Shown here piece after piece: positions 1 through 12,057 of a stretch of 64,000 nucleotides of DNA (position 1 is its first letter; every line of letters starts with the position of its first letter). The notes beneath the pieces are model-generated. The model searched no databases. It saw nothing but the letters and a program-made list of their open reading frames with translations, and was not told the origin of the DNA. Both the position numbers and the translations under genes were made by a program. The DNA is taken from the NCBI RefSeq assembly GCF_004010195.1, contig NC_057718.1, forward strand, positions 77,364,312 to 77,428,311, read 5' to 3'. The stretch comes from Chiloscyllium plagiosum. Lineage: Eukaryota.

Positions 1-553
1 TCCTCCCAAGACTTGGCGCACGCCCCAGCCCCCTCGAACCAAATACCCAGCACCTTCAGGTGGTCAGTCCTGACGGTGAAGGGGATCGAGGATTGGTCGG
101 CCCAGTTCCCGAAGAGCATGGCTTCGCTCTTACCTCGGTTTACTTTGGCCCCCGAGGCCCGTTCGAACTGGTCACAAATGCACATGAGTCTGCGCACGGA
201 CAGCGGATCCGAGCAGAAAACGGCGATGTCATCCATGTACAGGGAGGCCTTAATCAGCAGGCCCCCGCTGCCAGGAATACTCACCCCTCTCAGGCTCGCA
301 TTCTTCCTGATAGACTCAGAAAATGGTTCTATGCAGCACACAAACAAGGCAGGAGAGAGAGGGCAGCCCTGCCTGACTCCAGATCTGACTGGGAAGCTAT
401 CTGATTCCCACCCATTGATTGAGATTGCACTGACAATGTTGGTGTAGAGCAGTCTGATCCAATTGCAGATTCCCTCCCCAAAGCCCATTTTGGAGAGAAC
501 ATCTCTCATATAGCTGTGTGATATCCTGTCAAAGGCTTTCTCCTGGTCCAGGC
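1..553 (-). mobile_element. Tx1/L1-clade non-LTR retrotransposon RT fragment (5'-truncated, runs off the window start)
   Basis: Minus-strand translation gives SLDQEKAFDRISH...GVRQGCPLSPALF...SLYMDDIAVF...FERASGAKVNRGKS, which are L1/Tx1 RT motifs. Confidence 0.85.
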
Positions 554-729
554 TGCAGCAGGAGGCCTTTGAGACCATTGAGTCTGTTCCACTTTTTAAA
601 AAATGATCATGACTCCTCTGTTTCCGGTCTTCATTTCCATGTATCTGTTTATCTGCCATAACCCTTCAGTCTGTTGAAAATCAGAAACCTGTCTGACTCA
701 GTTTCTCTGTGGAAGAGAATTGTATAAAC

Positions 730-1295
730 TATGGGATATAGGTAAAGCAGTGTTACTTCTGCAACTGAAGAACAAATTACATTATGGCTTCTGCAGCGCG
801 CTGAACTAACTTACACAATTGCATGATTGTTTCGGCAAAGAGCTGAGTTGGCTAACCTTGCATGCAAAGATGAAACATATGAAGGGAGTCAGTTAAGATT
901 AGGACAAGCAACAATGGAACACATTATGGACAAGTAGATAAGGAGGATAGTGGGAAGAGAAGGTCACTGAGTCATGCCAGCTCAGCAGATTACCTTCACG
1001 TAGGCAAGTTAGTTACAAATAAGGAATAAAACAAACAAGAGTAAAGGGCACTAGGCTTAGAGTAGTAGGAGAAGTAAACAAGGGCGGAGCGCAGCTAGGC
1101 AGGAGCGGAATACAGTAGGTTTGACGCGTTAGTACCAAGAGAGACTCAGTTAAACTGTATAAATTGTAAAATAATTTTTGGATCAGTGTGCCAACCTGTT
1201 AGCCACCTGTCTTGCACGAACATTTCAATAAAGTTCGCTGCTTCAGAATTTGACTCGGACTGAAATTTATTGATACGTGAGCTTTGTTCCTCACA
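730..1295 (+). repeat. ERV 5' LTR
   Basis: TATGGGATATAGG...GTTCCTCACA, nearly identical to 9018-9638 apart from two deletions and scattered substitutions. TATAAA at 1158-1163, AATAAA at 1227-1232. Confidence 0.9.
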
Positions 1296-1297
1296 AG

Positions 1298-1316
1298 TGG
1301 GGGCTTTGTCCGGGAT
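1298..1316 (+). promoter_or_regulatory. Primer-binding site, tRNA-Pro type
   Basis: TGGGGGCTTTGTCCGGGAT starts 2 nt after the LTR-terminal CA. The canonical Pro PBS is TGGGGGCTCGTCCGGGAT. Confidence 0.85.
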
Positions 1317-1620
1317 ATCAATTATCGCCAGCGGGGTAGGCACCGTCGACGGCTGGGAAGGCGCGTCCTGTTCCTTTTAGAACGGTCCCGTATTCCTCGG
1401 TGGTGAGTTCCCCCTTCTGGTTGACTGATCGAGATCCAATGAGAGTCTATCTGAACTACGCGAAAGGGTTGTGAAGTGAGAAATTTAAGTAGGCACAGGG
1501 AGACGTCAAGCCAGGCAACTCTGTGCATGGACCAAGGTAAGAAATTTGACTTTTAAGTACTGCCTTGGTGGCTGGGATTGAGTTCTAGTAGTTAATAGGG
1601 GACTGACGAAGGAACTAAAT

Positions 1621-1937
1621 ATGGGTTGTGCCGCGAGTAAAGAAAGAGCCTCCGAGGAAAAAGGAGATGGAAATGGAGGCAGGGTCCCTGACAACATACC
1701 TCCAGAAAGTCCACTGGGGAGGTTGTTGAGGAATTGGAAACATAATACTTGTTAAGAGATTCTATGAGAAAGTATTCTGGGATGGACCCAGAAGGGCTAG
1801 TAGCTGAAGGGCTACTGAGGGTACACTGCGTAACTAAATCATGGCCAGACATTCAGAAAAAGATTCAAAAGATAGAGGGTTGGAGCGAGAAGCCTCTAGA
1901 GGAGTTGTTGCGGAAAGCTCAGAAAGTGATTGTGAGA
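1621..1937 (+). pseudogene. gag: ERV gag remnant: matrix N-terminus joined by deletion to capsid C-terminus
   Basis: MGCAASKE...IPPESPLGRLLRNWK (myristoylation-type MG start), then in another frame LRDSMRKYSGMDP...KSWPDIQKKIQKIEGWSEKPLEELLRKAQKV. Confidence 0.8.
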
Positions 1938-2037
1938 CATGGTGTGTGTGTGTGTGAGAGAGAGAAAAAAAATCTGTACAGCTAATAGAAAGTTTAATCC
2001 TTTGTGATTTGGTTTGAATGCACATTTGTTTGTTGGT

Positions 2038-2693
2038 TGTGGGATATAGATACTGCTGCAACCATAATTGCTTATGCAAGGTGATAAACTAACCTACACC
2101 ATTGTATAATTGTTTCAGCTAAGAGCTGAGTTAGCTAAAGTGTGCATACAAGGATGAAACTATGTGAAGGAAATACATAATTGCTTCTGCAAGGTAAATG
2201 ACCTAACTTACACAATTGTATAATTGTTTCAGCCAAGAGCTGAGTTAGCTGGAGCGTGCCTGTAAACAATGGAATATGTTACAGACGAATAGATAAGGAG
2301 TGAAAGAACATTGAGTTATGCCAGCTCGGCATATTGCCCCCATGTAGGCACTAGAACGAGCCAAGTTAGCTGCAAATAAGGGATAAGGTAAATAAGAGTA
2401 AGGGTCGCCTGGCTTAGAGTAGTGGGAGAAGTAAACAGGGGTGGAGCGCCGCTAGGCAGGGGCAGAACACAATAAGGAATAGTGATAGGTTTGACATGTA
2501 ATATGCTAGGCCAATGAGGTAAACGGGGAAGTACTGAGAAAGACTCAATTACACTGTATAAATTGTGGGGTAATTTTGAATCGGTGTGCCGACATGTTAG
2601 ACACCCGTCTTGCAAGAACATTTCAATAAAATTCGCTGCTTCAGAGTTTGACTCGGACTGAAATTTATTGATACGTGAGCTTCGTTCCTCACA
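2038..2693 (+). repeat. Solo LTR of a related ERV subfamily
   Basis: TGTGGGATATAG...GTTCCTCACA. R/U5 are very similar to the flanking LTRs. U3 differs and has a duplicated AAGAGCTGAGTTAGCT block. No PBS follows. Confidence 0.85.
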
Positions 2694-4349
2694 ACTTGAT
2701 TGAATATTTGTGCTTTGTGCCCTGGAGCTTGAGATCCGGGACTGTTTTGAATCTGATTTCTATTATGTAAATTTAACATGATTTATTTTAAGGTTAAGGA
2801 TTTTACAGTGATTATGAAAACAATATTAACTCCTGTTCTTTTTACAGGTCATGACTGCCTTACTATCAGTTTCTAATTAATCTCTGTTACCCTACATAAA
2901 AGCCAAACTTATTCGATTTCAAATCAGCTTAATATGGAGGAAAACAACATTATAACCTTTTTTTGTGTTTCAGACTCATTTGTTTCCACTTAATTTTAAG
3001 ATTGGTGTGTTTCATTGGTGATTATGATGTGCCAGTCATAGCTTTATTCAGAAAGTCCCCTTCCTCAATGACAGATGAAGTTTCAGTTCAACATTAGATT
3101 GTAATAAATCATCAAGAAAAAAATCCTATGGTTAATATCTGTGACCTTGGATTTGGCCATTATTCATGCATTAGAAGTTTTTTTTTTAACTTGAATAGAC
3201 AAATCCTTTTAAGGCAGCTCGGTTATTTCACGATCTATAGCATTTTAATTGAGCAATTAATGGTCAGGACTACTTAAGAAAACTAATTTTGGATTTAAAT
3301 TAAGGGTCTAAAATGGGTAATTATAGTGGATTTCAAAGTTGGAAACTGTATGCGTTTTACATTTTAAATATTAAATACTGAATAAATGAATTTCCAATTT
3401 ATATGTAATATATAAATATATATTTATAAATTATATAAGAAAATAAAATGAATGTTACTGAGATATATTGTTAAAAAAATGACCATTGATATATTACCAC
3501 AGAGGAGATCTGCTCTCAAAACAAGACAATGAGAACTAAGCTCTGTTGATCCTCCAAAAAATAATTGAAAACTTACTTATTTTCCATAATCTTCTTCATA
3601 CTCCATATCCATACTCAGTAATGCATAAAGTATACTTGGTACCACTCGACTTAGTGCTCTCTCCAAATTCAAGCTGAATTCTATCCGTATCATTAGGTGT
3701 CCCTAACGATGAAAAGGACTACTACCTGACTTAAGCAGGCACTGCTGTCACCCAGCATTCCAACCTTTGGAAAATAGGGACAGCCAAACATACCGAGGAA
3801 TAGGGTTATATATCAATCATTATTTCTTTTGTAGCATCACTGCCCCATTTCATGGAGTTGACAAGTGAATGAGACCAATCACCTATTTATTTATTCTCCT
3901 CTTGCAATTTTTGATTAGCTGAAAATTCAAATCCTAAAATTAGCTTTCAGATTATGATAAGTAAGATTCCAAAATGTATAGTGAGGAACAGGCTTTAAAG
4001 TTAGACAAGCATAAATTGATAAATTGGTTAAATGAGGTTAAAATGAAAATAAAGGTAAGGAGCTCAACTACAGAAGGGAAGGGAATGATGCAATAAGGAT
4101 AAAGCAGCAGAGTACAGTTTTTAAAATGTTTCAGTCACTTGTTGGGTTTCCACCCTGAATTACAGACACTGATTATTTTATTTATTATTATAAATATGTA
4201 TTATTAATTATATACTATTAATATTTATAATAAATCAATTTTATTAGCCAAAATCAGTATTAATTGGCAGGATTCCTTCACACATTCTAAGTGACCTGTC
4301 ATATTGATTCATGGCTAATTTAAAACATGGCTGCATTAATTCATTGAGG

Positions 4350-5050
4350 AGAAAGTGAGGACTGCAGATGCTGGAGATCAGAGCTGAAAATGTGTTGCTG
4401 GAAAAGCGCAGCAGGTCAGGCAGCATCCAAGGAACAGGAGAATCGACGTTTCGGGCATAAGCCCTTCTTCAGGAATGAGGAAAGTGTGCCCAGCAGGCTA
4501 AGATAAAAGGTAGGGAGGAGGGACTTGGGGGAGGGGCGTTGGAAATGCGATAGGTGGAAGGAGGTCAAGGTGAGGGTGATAGGCACCCCACCACCAAGGA
4601 TATATTTCCCTCCCCTCCCCTATCAGCATTCCAATCAAGACCACTCCCTCCGGGACTCCCTCGTCAGATCCACACTCCCCACCAACCCAACCTCCACTCC
4701 CGGTACTTTCCCCTGCAACCGCTGGAGGTGCAAGACTTGCGCCCACACCTCCCCCCTCACCTTCCTCCAAGGCCCCAAAGGAAACTTCCATATCCGCCAC
4801 AGATTCACTTGCACCTCCACACACATCATCTATTGCATCCTCTGCACCCGATGTGGCCTCCTCTATATTGGGGAGACAGGCCGCCTACTTGCGGAACGTT
4901 TCAGAGAACACCTCTGGGACACCCGGACCAACCAACGGAGGAGAGGGAAATATATCCCTGGTGATGGGGTCCGTTTGGAGGTGGCGGAAATGACGGCGGT
5001 TGATCCGCTGGGCGGAAATGACGGCGGATGATCTGCTGGGCAGAAATGAC
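4350..5050. mobile_element. Rearranged Penelope-like element fragment (family A): inverted pLTR plus GIY-YIG region
   Basis: pLTR on the minus strand at about 4350-4583 (hammerhead core 4445-4472). Plus-strand CNRWRCKTC...IIYCILCTRCGLLYIGETGRLLAERFREH (GIY-YIG). Short tandem repeat at 4984-5052. Confidence 0.85.
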
Positions 5051-5051
5051 G

Positions 5052-6881
5052 ATGGCTCACAGACTCTAAGACCTTGAAATATGAGGCAATTTAAATAGTG
5101 AAGGATGATTTTGTGTTAGTCACAGATAGTTACTTAAATCCAGTTGCTTTCCTGTGGCGGGGAGAGGGGGAGGCCCTTTGCAATCCAGAACACGACTGCC
5201 TTGATATTATTGAATATCAGACGAAAGTGCCGGTGGACCTAAGGGACATCCCGCTCCATGCAGGAGCTCGGTTGTTTATCGATGGGTCCTCCCGGATGAT
5301 TGAGGACAAGAGACATAATGGACATGCTGTAGTAGATGGGATAGAGGGAAGCGTTATCGTGGCTGAAGTCTGCCTAACGGCTGGTCAGCCCAAACGTGTG
5401 AACTCTATGCCCTAGAAAGAGCTCTCAGAGCCTTAGAAGACAAGGAAGGAACGGTACACAGACTCCAACTATGCATTTGGAGTGGTACACACCTTCAGAA
5501 AAATTTGGCAGGAAAGAGGACTAATAAATAGCAGAGAAAAAGAACTAGCACATGAGGAATTTATAAAACAAGTGCTGGAATCCCTGTTACTCCCGAGAGA
5601 AATAGCGATAGTTCATATAAACGGACGTCAGAAGGAGAATGAACCAGAAGTAAGAGGAAATAAACTGGCCGATGAGGTAGCTAAAGAAGCAGCCCTGAAT
5701 CCACAAGGAGCAGTGATATACTCCCTAATACCTACAATTCCAGATCTTCAGGGTGCCCTGTTGTTTACTGCAAAGGAGGAAGAGGAACTAAAAGATTTAG
5801 GGGCTGCAAAGACGGCGGATGGGGGCTGGATGTTACCCGATGGGAGGGAGATGTTGAATAAAATGATGGTGCAAGAAATTATGGCTGTCCTACATCAGGG
5901 GAGTCACTGGGGAGTCCAAGCAATGTGTGATTTAGTCCTAAGGAAATATGGATGCAAAGGGATATATATGATAGCCAAACAGATATGTGAGTGATGTATA
6001 ACATGCAAAAAAGTAAATAAGAAGGTGTTAAGGAAACAATTCCCAGGAGGGAGAGAACCTGGGCTATGAACATTTCAGAGCATCCGGGTAGATTATACCG
6101 AATTACCCTGAGTGGGAAGACTGAGGTAATAGTTGACCACCTATCTGGATGGGTGGAGGTGTATCCTTTAGCCACTGCCACCGTAAGTGGGGTGTCCAAG
6201 ATAATACCTGAACACATAATCCCCAGATATGGGAAAGTGGATTGTATAGATTCGGATCAGGAGACTCATTTTACTTCCAGGGTACTCCAGGGAATGATGA
6301 AGGAGTTGGGAATCTCCTGGGAATTCCACACCCCTTGGCACCCACCTTCATCAGGAAAGGTTGAGAGAATGAACCAGATATTCAAGAAGCAGTTATCTAA
6401 ATCAGTAGTAGAAACCAGACTCCCTTGGACTAAGTGTTTACCTATAGCTCTTTTGCGAGTGCGAACGGCCCCAAGGAAAGATATGGGGCTGTCCCATTAT
6501 GAGATATTGTTTGGCCTGATCTATCTGGGAACAAAAGGGGAACTGCCGACCCTGGAGATTAAAGATCTGTTCCTTAGTCCTCCTCTTTGTCTTTCCTCAG
6601 GAAACAGAGTTTGTTGGCACAGACCCCACCCCTTGAATTCGCCGTCCATCCGATTTGACCGGGAGATTGGGTCCTAGTCAAATCATGGACTGAGACCAAA
6701 TTGCAATCGGACTGGGAGGGGCCATACCAGGCACTCTGAACTACTGAAACGGCGATAAGAACTGCAGAGAAAGGCTGGACTCACTACACTCGGATTGAGG
6801 GGCCAGTGGAATCTTGAGAGAGAAGTCTGGACAACCGAATCGACAAAAGAACCACTTAAACTCAGGCTAAAAAGACTTTAA
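5052..6881 (+). pseudogene. pol: ERV pol remnant: connection, RNase H, integrase
   Basis: WLTDSKTLKYEAI, LFIDGSS, AIVHINGRQK...GNKLADEVAK, HQGSHWG, VDHLSGWVE, IDSDQETHF, WHPPSSGKVERMN. Several stops and frameshifts. RT and protease are absent. Confidence 0.9.
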
Positions 6882-6933
6882 ATAACTGATTATACAGTGC
6901 TGACGCGAGCGTGGGATAGTTTCTATAGTATTG

Positions 6934-8970
6934 TATGCTAAGTCTCTCGGTGCTTCAGTACCATCGTAGTATAAGGGGGATGTTTAGGTACATGATACAG
7001 GTACAGGTCTTCTAGTCCTAGGATTCTGTCAGACCCTGGTGTGGTCTTCTTACTTAGTAATAACAGTTCCAGAAAGTATAAATCCACAAGTCATAGAAAC
7101 AGATGCCTGCAGCCTAGTGGATTGCGGAGATGTGAGAAGTCAGAGGCAATTCTGTAACTCAGAGATACATCTTAAGTTCTACAAAAAAAGACCCAGAAAG
7201 GGGGGCACGGGGTGGGGTTGACGGGAAGAAAGTATCTTGGAGAGAGAAGAGTAAGGGATATCTTTGGGATGAAGGATGTAAAGGATGGCGGAGGCAGGAA
7301 GACCGTGAAGGTGATCTTTTGATTAATCCACTCGTTACAGTACACCAGGGCCCCTTCCAGCCAGCTCTTGACTGTCCCAATAAAAAGTGTAACCCGATAT
7401 ATTTAACAATAAAGAAAACCTCATGGCATGAAGCGATTTTCAGGGGAGAAACCTATCAGGTCCAATTAAACAAAACATTTGGGATAGAGATGAAAGCAGA
7501 CAGGAAAGATTTCTTGGGCTGTTGTTTCAATATACAGGTGAAAGACGGAACCCAAGTTGAAGAAATGAATAGTAAAGCCCCTTACTCTGACCCTAAGGTG
7601 ATAAAATGTGTAGAGATAAAACACTTAAAAGACCATTGAAGTAGAAACAGGATACGGGGATACAAATGCCTGGGTTGAATAGGTAAAGTACACTGTGAAA
7701 AGTCTGAATAAAAGCAACTGTTATGCATGTGCCTCTGGGAGACCAATGGCCCAAATAGTCCCCTTTCCGCTTGGGTGGAAGCGAGACAGGAGGGGCATGA
7801 CATGCGTGATAACCCTGTGTCAGGGTGAGACTGCATGGAGTAATGAGAATTGTATGTCCCTTCCATTAATTTTCCCTCCCTTAAAGAAGGAAGATTTAAA
7901 CCCTCCCCCCCACCACGTTTCTATCGTGGTCGGAAATCACACATCGTGTGCAAACAGACAAGGCACAAATTGGTCGAGATACTTGGGGGAGCTGAATTCA
8001 TGTACCGAAATTGAGTACGTGACGGAAACGGAACAAGGGAGGGAACGACTCAGCATTAAGGATTCCCCGAGCGGATCTGTGCTGGTACTGCGGAGAGAAA
8101 ATATTGAGACCCACCCTACCTCCAGATTGGAGGGGCATGTGTGCGATTGTGCAATTGGCAATTCTGTTCATCCTGGCATTTGAAAAGGAAAGGATAGCAA
8201 AGAAAGGGGGACGGACTAAGAGATCATTATTGGATACTTCGTTTGATGATCAGGTATATCTAGACTCTATAGGAGTTCCAAGAGGGGTACCCGATGAGTT
8301 CAAGGCTCGTAACCAGATCACAGCAGGTTTTGAATCAGCTCTCTTCTGGTGGGTAACAATCAACAAGAATGTGGACTGAATAAAATATATTTTCTATAAT
8401 CAGCAAAGGCTCACTAATTACACTAGAGACACAATTAAAGGCATAGCCAAACAACTTGATGCAACCAGCAGAATGGCCTGGGAGAATAAAATGGCCCCAG
8501 ACGTGATCCTAGCGGAAAAAGAGTGTGTGTGTGTGTGTGTGTTGTTAGGAGGGAGCTGTTGTACCTTTATTCCAAATAACACAGCCCCAGATGAGTCTAT
8601 TACTCGGGCCCTGCAAGGCCTAATAACACTGGCGGAAGAACTAGATGAAAACTCAGGGGTCAACACATCACTCACCGGGTGGCTAGAGTTGTGGTTTGTA
8701 AAGTGAAAGGGTGTGATGGTCTCCGTCCTTACCTCTTTGATCGTGGTGGCAGGAATACTGACCACCATAGGATGTTGTATCATACCTTGCACACGAGGAC
8801 TAACCCAAAGGCTGATTGAAACAGCTTTGGCCTCACAAATGCCCCTAAAGAGCAATCGAGGAGAAGGTCTCTACCTGCTGAACAATGAGGGAGTAAGTGA
8901 CCTCGGGGAGGTTTCCAAAATAAATGAAATCTCGGGGAATGATGCTCGCCAACTTCGAGGCGACATATAA
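6934..8970 (+). pseudogene. env: ERV env remnant, gamma-type, HERV-I/ERV3-like
   Basis: CYAC (CXXC) at 7719-7730, furin site RTKR at 8212-8223, DSIGVPRGVPDEFKARNQI, ISD-like WENKMAPDVILAEK, CX6CC, and a TM helix. The start coordinate is approximate. Confidence 0.88.
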
Positions 8971-9017
8971 GGAAAATGCAGAAGACAACAAATGTTAATT
9001 TTAAAAAAAGGGCTAAT

Positions 9018-9638
9018 TGTGGGATATAGGTAAAGCAGTGTTACTTCTGCAACTGAAGAACAAATTACATTATGGCTTCTGCAGAGCGCTGAACTAACTT
9101 ACACAATTGCATGATTGTTTCGGCAAAGAGCTGAGTTGGCTAACCTTGCATGCAAAGATGAAACATATGAAGGGAGTCAGTTAAGATTAGGACAAGCAAC
9201 AATGGAACACATTATGGACAAGTAGATAAGGAGGATAGTGGGAAGAGAAGGTCACTGAGTCATGCCAGCTCAGCAGATTACCTTCACGTAAGCACCAGAA
9301 GGAGCCAAGTTAGTTACAAATAAGGAATAAAACAAACAAGAGTAAGGGTCGCTAGGCTTAGAGTAGTGGGAGAAGTAAACAAGGCCGGAGTTCAGCTAGG
9401 CAGGGGCGAAATACAATAGGGAATAATGATAGGTTTGACGCGTAATATGCTAGGCCAATGAAGTAAACGGGGAAGTACCGAGAGAGACTCAGTTAAACTG
9501 TATAAATTGTGAAGTAATTTTTGGATCGGTGTGCCAACTTGTTAGCCATCCGTCTTGCAAGAACGTTTCAATAAAGTTCACTGCTTCAGAATTTCACTCG
9601 GACTGAAATTTATTGATACGTGAGCTTCGTTCCTCACA
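9018..9638 (+). repeat. ERV 3' LTR
   Basis: TG...CA termini, preceded by a purine tract at 9003-9012, homologous to 730-1295. Confidence 0.92.
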
Positions 9639-10949
9639 ATGTGACCACTTAATAAAGAGATCACAAGGAAATGTTTGAGGAGGCCATTGAGACCATTGAA
9701 TCTGTTCCGCTTTTGTTAAAAAAAATGATCATGACTCCTCTGATTCTGGTCTTCATTTCCATGTTTCTGTTTATCTGCCATAACCCTTCAGTCTGTTGTA
9801 AATCAGAAACCTGTCTGACTCAGCTTCTCTGTTGAAGAGAATTCTACAAACCAATAATTTTCAATGAAAGAAATGCCTGCTAATTTCTGTCTTAAATGGG
9901 AAACTATTAATGTATTTGAGACCCTGCTCCCTAATTCTAGATTCTCCCAAGTTAGGGCACATCCTCTCAGCATTTATCCTATGGAGCATTTTTAGACTCA
10001 TATGATTAATAATCACCTGTCATTCTTCTAAATTCCAATGAATATAAGCTCAGTTTTTCCTCATATGACAACACTATTCATCAACGGAGTGAACTTCCTC
10101 TGAATTTCGAATGCAATGTCTCTGTCCTGAAAGGGTCATGCATTGGCTTTAAAGAGTATTGTCAGCTGGTGAAAATAGATCACCTGGAAGAAAAAAACGT
10201 GTTGCAGAGGCTTACAGAGATCTGCAGGATCAGGAGCGAGCCAAGATGAAAAAGACAAGATCACTTATGCGAACAACTCTTAGCAGTTGGTTTGAAGGTG
10301 ATGATAAAGACATAGAATGGATGGAGCGTCTTCTGATCAGGCAGAAAATGTTATTGTGAAAATAAATTATCTGGAAAAAATAACCAAGCTATTATTAAGA
10401 ATGCAATGGTCGAATTGGCTGTCAGTTCCTAAAATGGAATCAATTCCACGTGGTGGCATTCTTATAATTCTGATAGTTGAGTTATAACCCTAAGTTGTTG
10501 GGCTCTGGCTGGCCGGGACCAATTCTTCCATGGCCTTCCCAAGAAAGAGCCAGACTGAATGCCTCGAGGGGTTCCAGTGCCACCTGAATTCCTAACTATG
10601 TGGCCAGATCAATATTCGTTTCCTGTATTTTTGAGCTATGGGTTGGCTCATGGCAATGGATTTCTCAACCAGTGGGGATGGAGTTAGCTGTAAGGGCTTG
10701 GATTGGCATCTCAAATCCTTCCAGGAACATCTGAAAATGGTGGTTTACATTTTGGGAGCTGTACACTTTCAGTTGATTTATATGGTACCATCCAGCCTTC
10801 CCAGAGTCTTATCAATACATTGTCGATCAAAGGGTTTGCCTCATCCACCAATCAGTACAGTTCTGAGAACCTAGGTGACAGGAATGCTCCTCTAGGTGAC
10901 AGCATGACCTGTTGCCCATTTCATACTCAGTAGAGTTGACTTTCCTGTC

Positions 10950-11652
10950 GAAGGCATTGGAAAAGCTTAGCAGGTCAGGCAGCATTAAGGAGCCGGAGAG
11001 TCGATGTTTCAGGCATAAGCCCTTCATTAAGAATGTGGGGCAGGATGTGAAAGGAAGAGGAGGGGTTGAGAGATAAATAGGAGGTGGGGTGGGGCTGATA
11101 GCTTGGAAGATTATAGGTAGATGTAGTTGGGGGATGATGGTGATAGGTTGGAATGGAGGGTGGAGTGGATAGATGGGACAGAAGATAGACAGGTGGGACA
11201 GTTCAAGAGGACTGTGCCAAGTTGGAGGGTTGACTCTGGGATGAGGGGGAAGGGGAATGAGGAAACTGGTGAAATCGATGTTAACACAGTGGGATTGGAC
11301 TGTCCCAAGGCGCAAGATGAGACATTCTTCCTCCAGGCGTCGGGTGGCTAGGATTTGGCGGTGGAGGAAACCCAGGACTTGCATGTCCTTGGCGGGATGG
11401 GAGAGAGGAGTTGAAGTCTTTGGCCACGGAGATGTTCACTGAAACATTCCACGAGTTGGTGTCCTGTCTCCCAGTATAGAGGAGACCACATCGAGAGCAA
11501 AGGACACAGTGGGCGAGGTGTATGGATGTGCAGGAAAATCTCTGCTTGATGCGAAAAGATCCTTTGGGGCCTTGGATGGAGGTGAGGTGGGAGGTATGGA
11601 TGCAGGTTCTGATAGTGGTGGGGAGGGAAATATATCTCTGGTGGTCGGGTCT
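10950..11652 (-). mobile_element. Penelope-like element 3' fragment (family A) inserted in the integrase of the preceding element
   Basis: Minus-strand CVLCSRCGLLYTG (GIY-YIG), pyrimidine-rich 3' region, pLTR at about 10960-11030. Confidence 0.8.
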
Positions 11653-11766
11653 GACTGTAGATGGCGGAGGATCCAGAGATCCTGTTGAAGTGTTTATTTT
11701 GTCTCTTTTTCTGACCCATCCTAACAGCTGCTGTCTTTTGGGTAGCCTGGACATTGTCTAGCAATG

Positions 11767-12057
11767 AGGCAAAAACAAGGACTGCAGATTCTGGAAACCA
11801 GAGTTTAGATCAGAGTGGTGCTGGAAAAGCACAGCAGGTCAAGCAACATCCAAGGAGCAGGAAAATTGATGTTTCGGCAAAAGCCCTTCATCAGGAATAG
11901 AGGCAGGAAGCTTCCAGGGCTTTCCATTTATCTCTCCAACCTGGGGGCTTCCTGCCTCTATTCCTCATGAAGGGCTTTTGCCCGAAACGTCGATTTTCCT
12001 GCTCGTCGGATGCTGCCTGACCTGCTGTGCTTTTCCAGCACCACTCTGATCTAAACT
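11767..12057. mobile_element. ORF-less fold-back PLE pLTR insert (family A)
   Basis: Inverted arms of about 115 bp. TSD ATTGTCTAGCAATG (11753-11766) / ATTGTATAGCAATG (12058-12071). Confidence 0.85.

Larger units (their letters stand above)
730..9638 (+). mobile_element. Defective class I endogenous retrovirus (HERV-I/ERV3-like env) with internal deletion and non-viral insert
   Basis: Two similar LTRs (730-1295, 9018-9638), a PBS, gag remnants, pol connection/RNase H/integrase, env, and a purine tract AAAAAAAGGG before the 3' LTR. Confidence 0.9.

Noticed and set aside
13..447. Plus-strand ORFs of 144 and 114 aa
   Set aside because: They are antisense shadows of the minus-strand Tx1 RT frame.
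2974..3180. Acceptor-like site followed by a frame containing VNICDLGFG, reminiscent of a kinase DFG region
   Set aside because: There is an in-frame stop, no HRD motif and no supporting exons, so it is probably chance.
7680..8706. Three apparent Trp-to-stop changes in env suggesting APOBEC-type G-to-A editing
   Set aside because: Too few events and biased ascertainment. A family consensus is needed to test it.
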